A stretch of DNA of 64,000 nucleotides from an uncultured Alphaproteobacteria bacterium (lineage in GTDB: Bacteria; Pseudomonadota; Alphaproteobacteria; Rhodobacterales; Rhodobacteraceae), in NCBI GenBank assembly GCA_942490805.1, contig CALNYU010000008.1, positions 192,451-256,450 of the forward strand, given 5' to 3'. Below the pieces are notes generated by a model, which saw only the letters and a list, made by a program, of their open reading frames with translations, did not search any database and was not told where the DNA came from. How positions within the stretch are numbered: the first letter of the stretch is position 1; each line of letters starts with the position of its first letter. Shown here one piece after another: positions 19,786 to 30,928 of this stretch. A program made the translations under genes and the position numbers.

Positions 19786-21021
19786 ATGTCCCGCCTTGAT
19801 CTCTCACAAAAGCTCGCGATTCTCAGTGACGCAGCCCGCTATGACGCCTCTTGCGCGTCCAGCGGCACCACGCGCCGTGATAGCCGCGATGGCAAAGGCC
19901 TAGGGTCAACCGAAGGGTCCGGCATCTGCCACGCCTACGCTCCTGACGGGCGCTGCATCAGTCTGCTGAAAATCCTGATGACCAATTTCTGCATCTATGA
20001 CTGCGCCTATTGCGTGAACCGCGTGTCCTCGAACGTGCAACGCGCGCGGTTTTCTGTGGATGAGGTGGTGCAGCTCACCATCGAATTCTACCGCCGCAAT
20101 TATATCGAGGGGCTGTTTTTGTCCTCGGGCATCATCCAGTCCCCTGACAAGACGATGGAAGATATGCTGCGCATCGCCAAACGCCTGCGCGAGGTCGAGA
20201 ATTTTCGCGGCTATATCCACCTCAAAACTATCCCCGATGCCGCCCCCGAACTGATCGAAGAGGCGGGGCTTTATGCCGACCGTCTGTCGATCAATGTCGA
20301 ACTGCCCACCGACCAAAGCGTCGCTGCCTACGCGCCTGAAAAGAACCCCACCACGATCCGCAAAGCGATGGGCGATGTGAAAGCGCGCAAAGACGTTGCA
20401 GGCGAGCGCAGCTATACCGGCAAGCGCGGCAAACGTTTTGTGCCTGCCGGGCAATCGACGCAGATGATCGTGGGGGCGGATGGGTCCACCGATGCCACGA
20501 TCCTTGGGCACTCAACGCGGCTTTACGGCGACTACAAGCTTAAGCGCGTCTATTATTCCGCCTTTTCGCCGATCCCCGATGCGACCGCAAAACTGCCCCT
20601 GATCAAACCGCCACTTGCACGCGAACACCGCCTTTATCAGGCGGATTGGCTGCTGCGGTTTTACGGCTTCGGGGTGGATGAAATCACCGCAGCACGGCCC
20701 GATGGCAACCTTGATCTGGACATTGATCCAAAACTCGCATGGGCCTTGCAGAACCGCGCCCTCTTTCCGGTGGATGTGAACCGCGCCAGCAAAGAAATGT
20801 TGCTGCGCGTGCCCGGGTTCGGCACCCGCACGGTGGGCCGCATCTTGTCCACACGGCGGCACCGCAGGTTGCGGTACGATGATCTGTTGCGCATGGGGGC
20901 ATCGCTGAAAAAAGCGCAGGCCTTTATCACCGCTGTTGACTGGTCCCCCGGCGGTCTGACCGACAGCGCCAATTTGCGCGCCCGCTTCGCCCCACCCCCC
21001 GAACAGTTGAGCCTTTTTTGA
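19786..21021 (+). CDS. Putative DNA modification/repair radical SAM protein with HhH domain (TIGR03916-like)
   Basis: ARYDASCASSG, GICH..DGRCISLLK, CIYDCAYC, REHRLYQADWL, LLRVPGFG. Confidence 0.92.
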   Translation: MSRLDLSQKLAILSDAARYDASCASSGTTRRDSRDGKGLGSTEGSGICHAYAPDGRCISLLKILMTNFCIYDCAYCVNRVSSNVQRARFSVDEVVQLTIEFYRRNYIEGLFLSSGIIQSPDKTMEDMLRIAKRLREVENFRGYIHLKTIPDAAPELIEEAGLYADRLSINVELPTDQSVAAYAPEKNPTTIRKAMGDVKARKDVAGERSYTGKRGKRFVPAGQSTQMIVGADGSTDATILGHSTRLYGDYKLKRVYYSAFSPIPDATAKLPLIKPPLAREHRLYQADWLLRFYGFGVDEITAARPDGNLDLDIDPKLAWALQNRALFPVDVNRASKEMLLRVPGFGTRTVGRILSTRRHRRLRYDDLLRMGASLKKAQAFITAVDWSPGGLTDSANLRARFAPPPEQLSLF

Positions 21022-21848
21022 TGTATACCGTTCCTCTTCCCCGTATTGGCACCGATATAGCATGGCGCGATGCCGCCAAGCGGCTGATTGGCGCGGGCGT
21101 GTCGCCCGAAGATATCCTGTGGGATTTCGACAATGAAATGGGTGAGCTGTTTTCCATCGACACCCCGCTGCCCCCCGTGACCCGTCGGATCAAGGCCCCG
21201 CAAAGCTTTGTCGAGATGGCCAACTGGGTTGTCTGGCACAAAGACCCGCAACGTTTCGCGCGGCTTTATGCGCTGCTGTGGCGCTTGCGCCATCAGCCCG
21301 GCCTGATGCAGGACCGCGCTGATCCGGAACTGGCCAAACTGCGCCAGATGGAAAAAGGCGTGCACCGCTGCAAACATAAAATGAAAGCCTTTGTGCGCTT
21401 TCGCGATCTGCGCCAAGGGGGCGACCGGCGCAGCTTTGCTGCGTGGTTTGAACCCACCCACCACACGGTGGAACCAACCGCCCCCTTCTTTGCACGCCGT
21501 TTTGCCGACATGGACTGGATGATCGCGACCCCCGATGTGACCGCGCAATTTATTGACGGCAATCTGACCTTCCACCCCGGCCAGCCCAAACCTGACCTGC
21601 CCGAAGACGCGACCGAGGCGCTGTGGGGGACGTATTTCTGCAATATCTTCAACCCCGCACGCCTGAAGGTCAGCGCGATGACATCCGAGATGCCCAAGAA
21701 ATACTGGAAAAACCTGCCCGAGGCGCAGCATATCCACGACCTGATCGCGGGGGCCGAGGCCAAAGTGCAGCAAATGCGCGACGCCGCCCCCACCCTACCG
21801 CCTGAACGCGTGGCCAAGATCAAACGCCAGCTGCGCGGCGAGGATTAA
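21021..21848 (+). CDS. DUF4130 / TIGR03915-like putative DNA repair protein
   Basis: HKMKAFVRF, FFARRFADMDW, FNPARLK, MPKKYWKNLPEA; translationally coupled (TGATG). Confidence 0.9.
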   Translation: MYTVPLPRIGTDIAWRDAAKRLIGAGVSPEDILWDFDNEMGELFSIDTPLPPVTRRIKAPQSFVEMANWVVWHKDPQRFARLYALLWRLRHQPGLMQDRADPELAKLRQMEKGVHRCKHKMKAFVRFRDLRQGGDRRSFAAWFEPTHHTVEPTAPFFARRFADMDWMIATPDVTAQFIDGNLTFHPGQPKPDLPEDATEALWGTYFCNIFNPARLKVSAMTSEMPKKYWKNLPEAQHIHDLIAGAEAKVQQMRDAAPTLPPERVAKIKRQLRGED

Positions 21849-21932
21849 GCCCGCGTTGCGCTCTCAAACGATCTTGGGTTAACTGCGGCAAGCGGCGCGC
21901 ATAGGCGTGCCCATGAAGGAGCCGTATCCCCC

Positions 21933-22781
21933 GTGACCACCACCGTTTTTCTGGCCGTCATCGGTGCTGCGGTTCTGCACGCGGCATGGAATGCCTTGGT
22001 CAAAGGGGGCCGCGACAAACTGGTGTCACTTTGTGCGGTCATGCTGGGGCATATCCCCTTTGCACTGGTGGCGATCCTTGTGGCCCCGCCTTTGGGTGCG
22101 GAGGCCTTGCCATATCTGGCCGCAGGTATCGTGCTACATTTGGGATACCAACTGTTTTTGCTGTTTTCCTATAGCACTGGCGATCTGACCCAAGTCTACC
22201 CCATCGCCCGCGGGTCTGCGCCGCTGATCGTGGCCTTCGTGTCAATCACAGTGCTCGGCGTCACCCTGTCGGGGCTTGAGTTGTTTGCCGTCCTGATCAT
22301 TGGCATCGGCATTGTCAGTCTTGCGCTGGTGCGCCGCGCCGATGGGCTGCGCAATGGGCGGGCCGCACTCTTTGCCCTGATCACAGGCTGCTTTATCGCG
22401 GGCTATTCACTGGTGGATGGCTTGGGCGCACGGGCGGGCGGCACGTCGCTGGGCTATTTTGGCTGGCTGGCACTGGGCAACGCCATAGCGCTTGGCGCAA
22501 TCGTCGCCGTGCGCGCACCGCAGACCTATGGCACGCTTTGGCATAGCAACCAGCGGCTGTTCTGGTTCGGCGGCGGCGCATCCTTTATCGCCTATGCCAT
22601 CGTCACCTGGGCCTTCACCCAAGCGCCCATCGCCTTGGTGACAGCGTTGCGCGAAACCAGCATCGTCTTTGCGCTGCTGATCGGTGTGGTCTTTCTCAAA
22701 GAACGGCTCGATCTGGCCAAAGTGCTGTCCACAATGGCCGTGCTGATCGGTGCCGCCCTTTTGCGACTGGTGCGCCCTTAG
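21933..22781 (+). CDS. EamA/DMT transporter
   Basis: [28 protein letters not shown]. Confidence 0.88.
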   Translation: MTTTVFLAVIGAAVLHAAWNALVKGGRDKLVSLCAVMLGHIPFALVAILVAPPLGAEALPYLAAGIVLHLGYQLFLLFSYSTGDLTQVYPIARGSAPLIVAFVSITVLGVTLSGLELFAVLIIGIGIVSLALVRRADGLRNGRAALFALITGCFIAGYSLVDGLGARAGGTSLGYFGWLALGNAIALGAIVAVRAPQTYGTLWHSNQRLFWFGGGASFIAYAIVTWAFTQAPIALVTALRETSIVFALLIGVVFLKERLDLAKVLSTMAVLIGAALLRLVRP

Positions 22782-23875
22782 GTGTTGAACAAAAAGTGCA
22801 TCACATCGCCGTCTTTGACGATATAGGCCTTGCCCTCTGCACGCATCTTGCCCGCTTCCTTCGCAGGCTGTTCACCGCCCAAATTGACGAAATCATCATA
22901 GGCAATCGTTTCGGCACGGATGAACCCGCGTTCAAAATCGCCGTGGATCACACCGGCGGCTTGCGGCGCTGAGGTGCCTTCTTTGATGGTCCATGCGCGG
23001 GCCTCTTTGGGGCCGACGGTGAAATAGGTTTGCAGGTGCAGCAGTTCGTAACCTGCACGGATCAACCGGTCGAGACCTGCTTCTTCCAGCCCCATTTCCT
23101 CCAGGAACATCGCGGCCTCTTCGGGCTCCAGCTGGCTGATCTCTTCCTCGATGCGGGCCGAGATCACGACGTGGGAATTGCCCTGTGCGGCGGCCATTTC
23201 GGCGACACGCGCGGATTGGCTGTTGCCGCTACCTGCGCTGTCCTCTTCGACGTTGCAGACGTAAAGCACGGGCTTGGTCGTCAAAAGCTGCAGCATCTTC
23301 CACTGCTTGGCATCCTCGGGGTCGACATCAACGGTGCGGGCGGGCTGGCCGTTTTCCAACGCGGCCTGCGCCATTTCCAACAGGCGCACCTGCTGGACCG
23401 CCTCTTTGTCACCGCCACGCACTTTGCGCACGAGGTTCTGCAAGCGCTTTTCAATGCTCTCCAGATCGGCCAGCATCAGTTCTGTCTCAATCACTTCGGC
23501 GTCTTCGACAGGATCAACGCGGCCTTCCACATGGGTGATATCGTCGTCCTCAAAGCAGCGCAGCACATGGGCAATCGCATCACATTCGCGGATGTTGGCC
23601 AGAAACTGGTTTCCAAGGCCCTCGCCCTTGCTGGCACCCTTCACCAGACCCGCGATATCGACGAAGGTCATGCGGGTCGGGATGATCTGCTTGGACGTGG
23701 CAATCGCCGCCAGCTTGTCCAGCCGTGCGTCAGGAACGGCCACATCGCCAACATTGGGTTCAATCGTGCAAAACGGGAAATTGGCCGCCTGAGCCGCCGC
23801 CGTCTTGGTCAGCGCATTAAACAAGGTCGATTTGCCCACATTCGGCAAACCCACAATACCCATCTTGAAACCCAT
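22778..23875 (-). CDS. ychF: Redox-regulated ATPase YchF
   Basis: [28 protein letters not shown] domain. Confidence 0.97.
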   Translation of the reverse strand: MGFKMGIVGLPNVGKSTLFNALTKTAAAQAANFPFCTIEPNVGDVAVPDARLDKLAAIATSKQIIPTRMTFVDIAGLVKGASKGEGLGNQFLANIRECDAIAHVLRCFEDDDITHVEGRVDPVEDAEVIETELMLADLESIEKRLQNLVRKVRGGDKEAVQQVRLLEMAQAALENGQPARTVDVDPEDAKQWKMLQLLTTKPVLYVCNVEEDSAGSGNSQSARVAEMAAAQGNSHVVISARIEEEISQLEPEEAAMFLEEMGLEEAGLDRLIRAGYELLHLQTYFTVGPKEARAWTIKEGTSAPQAAGVIHGDFERGFIRAETIAYDDFVNLGGEQPAKEAGKMRAEGKAYIVKDGDVMHFLFNT

Positions 23876-24013
23876 CACGGCTCTCCTTTGATCGTTGAGG
23901 CGCTTCTAGGCGGCGCGCGTCCTCTGCGCAAGCCACATGGGATCGTCACTCAGCCATTGATTTTCCGCCCCCCATCAAGCAAACCAAGCCAAGTTTGCAG
24001 ACCGGGGATCAAG

Positions 24014-24805
24014 ATGAGCAGAATCGACGCTAAATTCGCGCAATTGCGCGCGCAGAACAAAAAAGCTTTCGTGGCCTATGTCATGGCGGGCGATCCTGAT
24101 TACGACACTGGTCTTGAGGTGGTCAAAGGCCTGCCTGCTGCGGGTGTCGATATCATCGAACTGGGGATGCCATTTACCGATCCCATGGCCGATGGCCCCA
24201 CGATCCAGCTCGCCGGTCAACGTGCGCTTGAGGGCGGGCAGACCTTGGAAAAAACGCTGCAGTATGCGCGCGAGCTACGCAAAACCGACGACACCACCCC
24301 GATTGTGATGATGGGCTATTACAACCCGATCTATTCGCGCGGCGTTGATACCTTTCTGACCGACGCCAAGGCCGCTGGCATTGACGGCCTGATCATCGTC
24401 GATCTGCCACCCGAGGAAGATGACGAACTGTGCATCCCTGCGCAAAAGATGGGGATCAACTTTATCCGTCTGGCCACGCCAACCACGGATGATAAACGCC
24501 TGCCGAAGGTGCTGCAGAACACCTCGGGCTTTGTCTACTACGTCTCGGTCACGGGGATTACCGGTGCCGCTGCTGCGCAGGCCGATGAGGTCGCCCCCGA
24601 AGTCGCGCGGATTAAATCGCAGACCGATCTGCCAGTGATTGTGGGCTTTGGTATTAGAACACCAGAAGCGGCGGAAAGTATCGCCAGCATCGCAGATGGT
24701 GCCGTTGTCGGCTCGGCGATTGTTGCAAAGATCGCCGCAGGTGAAAGCGTGGCTGATGTGCTGGCTTTCGTGAAATCGCTGGCTGACGGGGCGCATCGCG
24801 GCTGA
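24014..24805 (+). CDS. trpA: Tryptophan synthase alpha subunit
   Basis: [28 protein letters not shown]. Confidence 0.97.
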   Translation: MSRIDAKFAQLRAQNKKAFVAYVMAGDPDYDTGLEVVKGLPAAGVDIIELGMPFTDPMADGPTIQLAGQRALEGGQTLEKTLQYARELRKTDDTTPIVMMGYYNPIYSRGVDTFLTDAKAAGIDGLIIVDLPPEEDDELCIPAQKMGINFIRLATPTTDDKRLPKVLQNTSGFVYYVSVTGITGAAAAQADEVAPEVARIKSQTDLPVIVGFGIRTPEAAESIASIADGAVVGSAIVAKIAAGESVADVLAFVKSLADGAHRG

Positions 24806-24824
24806 TAACGCGCTTTCGGGCGGT

Positions 24825-24838
24825 TTGATCCACATCAA
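24825..24838. promoter_or_regulatory. FNR/FnrL box upstream of lldD
   Basis: Perfect TTGAT-CCAC-ATCAA. Confidence 0.7.
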
Positions 24839-24867
24839 CGCAGCCTCTTGCGCGAATGCCTTAAATC

Positions 24868-24884
24868 GGTAACAAATAATTACC
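24868..24884. promoter_or_regulatory. Palindromic operator upstream of lldD (possible LldR/GntR site)
   Basis: GGTAA-N7-TTACC in an AT-rich context just before the RBS. Confidence 0.45.
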
Positions 24885-24901
24885 AATTTAAGGAACGCGG
24901 C

Positions 24902-26065
24902 ATGCCTGTCATCACAACCATCGCTGATCTCAAGCGGCTGCATAAGCGCCGCACGCCCAAGATGTTCTATGACTATGCCGAAAGCGGCAGTTGGACCGAA
25001 CAGACCTTCCGCGAAAATACCTCGGACTTTGACCAGATCAGGTTCAAGCAACGGGTCGCGGTGGATATGACCAACCGCACCACCGCCAGCCAGATGATTG
25101 GCCAAAATGTGGCAATGCCCGTGGGCCTCGCCCCCGTTGGTCTGACCGGTATGCAAAATGCGGATGGCGAGATCAAAGCCGCCCGTGCCGCCGAAAAATT
25201 CGGGGTGCCATTCACGCTTTCCACCATGTCGATCTGCTCGATCGAGGATGTGGCCGAGAACACCACCAGTCCGTTCTGGTTTCAGGTCTACACGCTCAAA
25301 GACGATGACTTTATGAAGCGCCTCTTTGACCGCGCCCGCGCCGCTAAATGTTCGGCCATTGTGATCACGCTGGACCTGCAAATCATGGGACAACGGCACA
25401 AAGACCTCAAAAACGGGCTGTCTGCGCCACCGAAATTCACCGCCGCCAGCATGGCCGATCTTGCCACGAAATGGGGCTGGGGTCTTGAGATGCTGCAAAC
25501 CAAACGCCGCTTCTTTGGCAATATCGTCGGCCACGCCAAGGGGGTCACAGACCCCTCTTCGCTGTCGTCGTGGATTGCAGAGGCTTTTGATCATGCCCTG
25601 GACTGGGACCGCGTCGCGCAGCTTATGAAAATGTGGGACGGCCCGGTGATTCTCAAAGGCATCATGGATGCCGATGATGCACGAAAAGCTGCAGAATTAG
25701 GCGCAGATGCGATTATTGTTTCCAATCACGGCGGTCGTCAGCTGGATGGCACGCTGTCGTCTATCCGCGCCCTGCCCGCGATTATGGACGCTGTGGGCGA
25801 CAAGGTTGAGGTCCACCTCGATAGCGGTATCCGGTCGGGTCAAGACGTGCTCAAAGCGCTCGCGATGGGGGCCAAGGGCACCTACATCGGGCGGGCATTT
25901 GTGAACGGTCTGGGGGCGATGGGCGAAAAAGGTGTGACCAGCGCGTTGGAGGTGATCCACAAAGAGCTTGATCTGACGATGGCGCTTTGCGGGCGGCGGG
26001 ATGTGAATAAACTCGACAAGGATATCCTGCTGATACCGCAGGATTTTGAAGGGCGCTGGCAGTAA
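24902..26065 (+). CDS. lldD: FMN-dependent alpha-hydroxy acid dehydrogenase (L-lactate dehydrogenase)
   Basis: VSNHGGRQLD, DSGIRSGQD, FWFQVY. Confidence 0.9.
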   Translation: MPVITTIADLKRLHKRRTPKMFYDYAESGSWTEQTFRENTSDFDQIRFKQRVAVDMTNRTTASQMIGQNVAMPVGLAPVGLTGMQNADGEIKAARAAEKFGVPFTLSTMSICSIEDVAENTTSPFWFQVYTLKDDDFMKRLFDRARAAKCSAIVITLDLQIMGQRHKDLKNGLSAPPKFTAASMADLATKWGWGLEMLQTKRRFFGNIVGHAKGVTDPSSLSSWIAEAFDHALDWDRVAQLMKMWDGPVILKGIMDADDARKAAELGADAIIVSNHGGRQLDGTLSSIRALPAIMDAVGDKVEVHLDSGIRSGQDVLKALAMGAKGTYIGRAFVNGLGAMGEKGVTSALEVIHKELDLTMALCGRRDVNKLDKDILLIPQDFEGRWQ

Positions 26066-26305
26066 GCGGAACACGGCACAAATCTGACTTTCAGTATATC
26101 GCGCACGGGGACATTTGTCAGCGCTGTACGCATGTCGACAACCGTGTGATGTTTGCCACAATACGTTGGAAACATTGCCTATTTTAGACGTGAAGACACG
26201 CAGCTTGTTGACGCTGTAGCACATCTTGGAAATCTTCACACCACGCGGGCGGGATATCAGTTGCCGCCTGATTTCTGGAAACACTCATTACTGAGGAATG
26301 AATTT

Positions 26306-26551
26306 ATGTTCACAAAAACAACAGCGCTTGCCGCAGCAATTGCAATCTCTGCGTCATCCGCATTCGCAGGAGGTTTGTCCGATCAAATCGTCGAATCCCC
26401 TGTCATGGAAGAAGCAGTGGCCGCTGAATCGCAGATCAATACCACCTATGTGGTCGTTGGTATTCTGGCCGCGCTCCTGATTGCAGCTGCCGTGGGTCAA
26501 GAGGACGACGAGGTCGTTCAAGGGCGGCAGCCTGCTAACGGTAACGGCTAA
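26306..26551 (+). CDS. Small exported protein with C-terminal membrane anchor
   Basis: Signal peptide ..SSAFA/GGLS, acidic linker, TM YVVVGILAALLIAAAV. Confidence 0.65.
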   Translation: MFTKTTALAAAIAISASSAFAGGLSDQIVESPVMEEAVAAESQINTTYVVVGILAALLIAAAVGQEDDEVVQGRQPANGNG

Positions 26552-26688
26552 CTTCAAATCACGCCAGATGACGGGAATTTCCAACCAGACACCTAGGATT
26601 CGTTCACGAGCGGTGTTAGCGTCTGGCTGGCGCGGCGGGGTTTTGCACTCTGCTGCGCAAGGAAGTGTTAACGAGTTAGGAACACCTG

Positions 26689-26944
26689 ATGCTTAAGAAT
26701 ATAACAGCTCTTGCAGCTGCAACTGCCCTATGTGCGTCCACTGCATTCGCAGGCGGCCTATCCCCGGAAATTATCGAAGCGGCCCCTGCTGAAGACCCGC
26801 GCCGTGGCACCGGCATTCGCAATCAACCCGACCTATATTGTCTTGGGCGTGGTTGCTTTGCTCTTGATCGTATCGCTGGCAGGATTGACGATGACGCCAG
26901 ATGAAGAAGAAATCGATACCAGAAAAGTACCGCAGCCTGGTTGA
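26689..26944 (+). CDS. Paralog of the preceding small exported protein, frameshifted near 26798
   Basis: MLKNITALAAATALCASTAFAGGLSPEIIE in one frame, INPTYIVLGVVALLLIV in another; both align with the 26306 protein. Confidence 0.55.
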
Positions 26945-27006
26945 TGCCAATGGATGCAGGATGACCATGCTGTATTGCGCTCACGAGCGCGTATGGATAA
27001 ATAAAT

Positions 27007-27046
27007 GAGCCGGCACTCCTGAGAGGATGTCGGCTCTGTTTTGTTT
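27007..27046 (+). terminator. Rho-independent terminator
   Basis: GAGCCGGCA...TGTCGGCTC stem followed by TGTTTTGTTT. Confidence 0.6.
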
Positions 27047-27055
27047 GAATGGACG

Positions 27056-28220
27056 TCACTGAGGCTTCGAACGATTACGATCATCTGACCGGATGCCTTT
27101 TGGCAAAATCGCGAGCGGAACCGTACTTAACAACAGAACCGCAACCGCCAAGAATGCCGCCCGCAACCCAAAGGCGTCGGACAGCAGCCCCATAAGCATG
27201 GGCGCAAAGAAGAACCCCGAAAACCCGATGACCGCTGTCCGGCTGATCGCTTCGGTGCGTAGATGTGGTGCCACCAGTTTGCCCACCAATGCCAATCCCA
27301 TCGGCCCGATCACAGACACTCCAAGGCCAAGGATGCCAAAGCCGATATAGGCCACAGGCGGTGAAGGGGCCAAAGCCGCGATGACAGCGCCAATTGCCGA
27401 AATTGCAGCCGCACCGATGACGACCGGAATTTCGCGCAACCGCTCTACCACGGCTTGTCCGGAAAACCGCCCGATCGCCATGGTGATCCCCAACATTGCA
27501 GGACCCAATGCGCCTTCGGCCGCCCCACCACCCAGCGTGCGTTCAACGTGCAGGGCGGACCACGCCTCAACCGTGGCCTCGGACATGAAGGCCACCAGAA
27601 CAATCGCCCCGCACAAGATAATCGGCCAGAGCGGATAGGCCCCCGCATAACCCTCTTCCGCGTCCACATAGGTCACATCCATGCGCATCATGGGCAGCAA
27701 GAGGATGGCAATCACGCCAAAGCCCGCAAAAACCGGCCCCGGCGGCAGCCCTGCTTCACGGGCCGCGCCCACGATCAATGCCCCCGCCGCATAAGCCACG
27801 GAAAACATCGCATGGTTGGCGTTCATCAAAGGCCGGTTATGGCGCGCTTCAAGTTCGCTAACCCGCGCGTTCATCACCACATCGAGCAGCCCCGACGCCA
27901 ATCCCAACCAGCGCCATGGAAAGGGCAAAAACCAAAGGCACCGTCATCTGTCCGGGAAATAGCCATGCAAACGCCAGTAGGGCGGCGCCCACCTGCATCG
28001 CGCGCGATCCCAATATCCGGTCCGCACGCGGGGCCAGCCACATGGACGACACCAGCCCCGTGGCCGAGCCCAAAAGCAAAGCACCGAAAAGCGCATCAGA
28101 CGCCCCCAACTGCGCTTTAATGACTGGGACATAGGCGGCAAAACACCCCCAGAACATGCCGATGACGACAAAGGCGGTGGCAGGGCGGCGGGACAGGGAC
28201 AGGGCGTTCAAAATCGACAT
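27056..28220 (-). CDS. MFS transporter, split by a +1 indel near 27904 (likely sequencing error)
   Basis: ORFs 27858-28220 and 27056-27928 join as [16 protein letters not shown] if one G is removed from GGG. Confidence 0.75.
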
Positions 28221-28378
28221 GGCGCTATGCCTGCATTGCAAACAAAACCAAAGCAAGTTTCAAAGTAGACACAGGCGCAAAAAGTACCTTTCCAAACGGG
28301 CGAATCCCCCCTATACGGCGGGCTTCATCGGGCTCGGACACCCTTGGAGGCGGGCCCCTATATTATTGGAGAATTACT

Positions 28379-29029
28379 ATGGCTGCTAAGGTCCAAGATC
28401 TTAACGCCAAGGTACGCGCGGGGACAGGCAAGGGGGCCGCCCGCCAAGCTCGCCGTGATGGCGACGTACCTGGCATTGTTTATGGTGGTGGCGCAGAGCC
28501 CCAATCCATCAGCATCCCATTCAACTACCTTCTGACAAAACTGCGCAAGGGTGGCTTTATGTCCACGCTGCACAACCTCAAGGTTGAGGGTCAGGACGAC
28601 GTGCGCGTCATTTGCCGTGGCGTTCAGCGCGACGTGGTCAAGGACCTGCCAACACACATCGACCTGATGCGCCTCAAGCGTACCAGCCGTGTGAAAATCT
28701 TTATCCCTGTTGAGTTCATCAACCAGGATACATGCCCCGGCGTGAAAAAAGGTGGCGTTCTGACTGTTGTGCGTAACGAAGTCGAACTTGACGTTCTTGC
28801 TGGCGACATCCCAGAGCACATCACAGTTGATCTGGCCGAAGTTCAAATCGGCGACACCATTTCGATCAGCGACGTCACACTGCCTGAAGGTGCAACACCT
28901 GCAATCACGGACCGTGACTTTGTCATCGCCAACGTTCAGGCCCCACGTGCCCTGCTGGCCGAAGATGACGACGAAGAAGAAGTTGCAGCGGACGAAGTGC
29001 CGACAACTGCCGACGACGCAGAAGAATAA
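28379..29029 (+). CDS. rplY: 50S ribosomal protein L25/Ctc
   Basis: [30 protein letters not shown]. Confidence 0.96.
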   Translation: MAAKVQDLNAKVRAGTGKGAARQARRDGDVPGIVYGGGAEPQSISIPFNYLLTKLRKGGFMSTLHNLKVEGQDDVRVICRGVQRDVVKDLPTHIDLMRLKRTSRVKIFIPVEFINQDTCPGVKKGGVLTVVRNEVELDVLAGDIPEHITVDLAEVQIGDTISISDVTLPEGATPAITDRDFVIANVQAPRALLAEDDDEEEVAADEVPTTADDAEE

Positions 29030-29056
29030 GCCGCAGCGTTCAATCGCTCGGGCGAT

Positions 29057-29085
29057 AAGGGCATCCCAAACGGGGTGCCCTTTTT
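29057..29085 (+). terminator. Rho-independent terminator after rplY
   Basis: AAGGGCATCCC-AAAC-GGGGTGCCCTTTTT. Confidence 0.75.
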
Positions 29086-29148
29086 GGTTTTTGCGTCCAA
29101 GGTCAGGACACTCTAGCGCTGCACTGCGGCATACTGTAAGTTAGGCCT

Positions 29149-29823
29149 ATGAAATTGCTTGTTGGCCTTGGAAATCCCGGCGCGAAATACGCGCAGAACC
29201 GTCATAACATCGGGTTTATGGCGATGGACCGGATCGCCGCCGACCACGGGTTCAGCGGCTGGCGGTCCAAGTTTCAGGGCCAAACCTGCGAAGGGCGCCT
29301 TGGGTCTGAAAAGGTCACGCTGCTCAAGCCCGAGACCTTTATGAACCTTTCGGGCCAATCCGTGGGCGAGGCGATGCGCTATCTCAAACTCGCCCCCGAT
29401 GACATTATCGTCTTTCACGACGAACTTGATCTGGCCCCCGGCAAAGTGCGCCTGAAAACAGGTGGCGGGCATGCGGGACACAACGGTCTGCGCTCGATCC
29501 ACGGCCATATCGGGCCGGACTATGACCGCGTGCGCATGGGCATAGGCCATCCCGGGCATAAAGACGCGGTGGCAGGCTATGTGCTGCGCGATTTCCCCAA
29601 GGCTGACGCGGACTGGCTTGATGATGAATTGCGCGGCGTAAGTGACGGGATCGCCGATCTGGTCGCGGGCGATGGCAGCAAGTTTCTGAATGCAATCGCA
29701 CTACGGGTCGCCCCCCCGCGTTCGTCAAAATCTGCGCCCAAGGCGGCCAAACCCGCACCAGAGCCAGAGCCTGCCCCCGACGATCGCTCGGCGATGCAAA
29801 AGCTTGTGGATCGCTTTCGGTGA
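29149..29823 (+). CDS. pth: Peptidyl-tRNA hydrolase
   Basis: VGLGNPG, NRHNIGF, KPETFMNLSG, HDELD, GHNGLRS. Confidence 0.97.
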   Translation: MKLLVGLGNPGAKYAQNRHNIGFMAMDRIAADHGFSGWRSKFQGQTCEGRLGSEKVTLLKPETFMNLSGQSVGEAMRYLKLAPDDIIVFHDELDLAPGKVRLKTGGGHAGHNGLRSIHGHIGPDYDRVRMGIGHPGHKDAVAGYVLRDFPKADADWLDDELRGVSDGIADLVAGDGSKFLNAIALRVAPPRSSKSAPKAAKPAPEPEPAPDDRSAMQKLVDRFR

Positions 29824-30858
29824 TACCCGCCGCGATCCAAGAGGCATTTCTTGATCAATCCGACGCTTGCGCCGCCCTCGGCTCGCCCTTCATGGGGCGG
29901 CTGATGGCGCTTTGTGGCACAATGGACTGGCCCGCCGGGTCCGTCACCGACCGTATCTTTGCGTGGCAGGGCGATATCAGCCCGCGCGGTCAATCCGTGC
30001 CCTTGCGCCTTGCCGGTGCGCTACATGCGTTACACCTGCAAGGGCACGCTGTGCTTGGGGCTGTTTATCCCCCGCAAACAGCCACCGATGCGGACCTTTG
30101 GGATGCCGTGAGCGCCACATTTCTTTCTGAGGCCGACCACATCAACACATGGCTTGAGAGCGCACCGCAAACCAACGAAGTGCGGCGCTCTGCGACGCTT
30201 ATTGCGGTCGGGCATCTTCTGGCAGAGCGCTTTGGCTTGCCGATCCGCACGTCAGAACTGGGGGCCAGCGGCGGGCTGAACCTGCATTGGGATGCCTATC
30301 GGCTCCAGATCGGCGACCAGAAATTCGGCGCCGACGACCCCGTGCTGGCGCTCACTCCTGATTGGCGCGGGCCGATGCCGCCAACGGCGAAACCCACAGT
30401 TGCCGCGCGTGCGGGCGTTGACCTCAATCCGCTTGACCCGCGCAATCCGGCGCATGCCTTACGGCTGCAAGCCTACCTTTGGCCGGATCAGCCAGAGCGT
30501 CTGGCCCTGACCCGCGCGGCAATTAATGCAGCGGACACAGCTGTCAGCAAGGGTGACGCGATTGATTGGCTGGCCCCGCGTCTGGCCCATATCCCCGGCC
30601 AGACACATATGATTTATAGCACCGTCGCATGGCAGTATTTTCCCGCAGAAAAACAAGCCCAAGGCACGAAGCTGATTCAGCAGGCCGGTGCCACCGCGAC
30701 ACAAGACTGCGCCACTCGCATGGTTCGGCATGGAAAACGACGGCGGCACCCAAGGTGCGGCGCTGACACTACGGCTTTGGCCCGGAGATGTGACGCTCAA
30801 TTTGGGGCGCGCTGATTTTCATGGGCGCTGGGTGGAGTGGGCCGAACCCGCTGCGTGA
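29820..30858 (+). CDS. DUF2332 family protein, +1 indel near 30708 (likely sequencing error)
   Basis: PQTNEVRR, ELGASGGLNL, YLWPDQ; conserved tail APLAWFGME..ADFHGRWVEW continues in the next frame to TGA 30858. Confidence 0.8.
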
Positions 30859-30928
30859 CGCCGCACCCCATGGCAAATCGCGCACGAACCACTACATTGA
30901 GTGTAAGGAACGAAAAGGCACAGTGACC

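Noticed and set aside
27858..27928. Split MFS as two genes or a pseudogene
   Set aside because: A single extra base joins the halves seamlessly and there is no other decay; the same applies to DUF2332 at ~30708.
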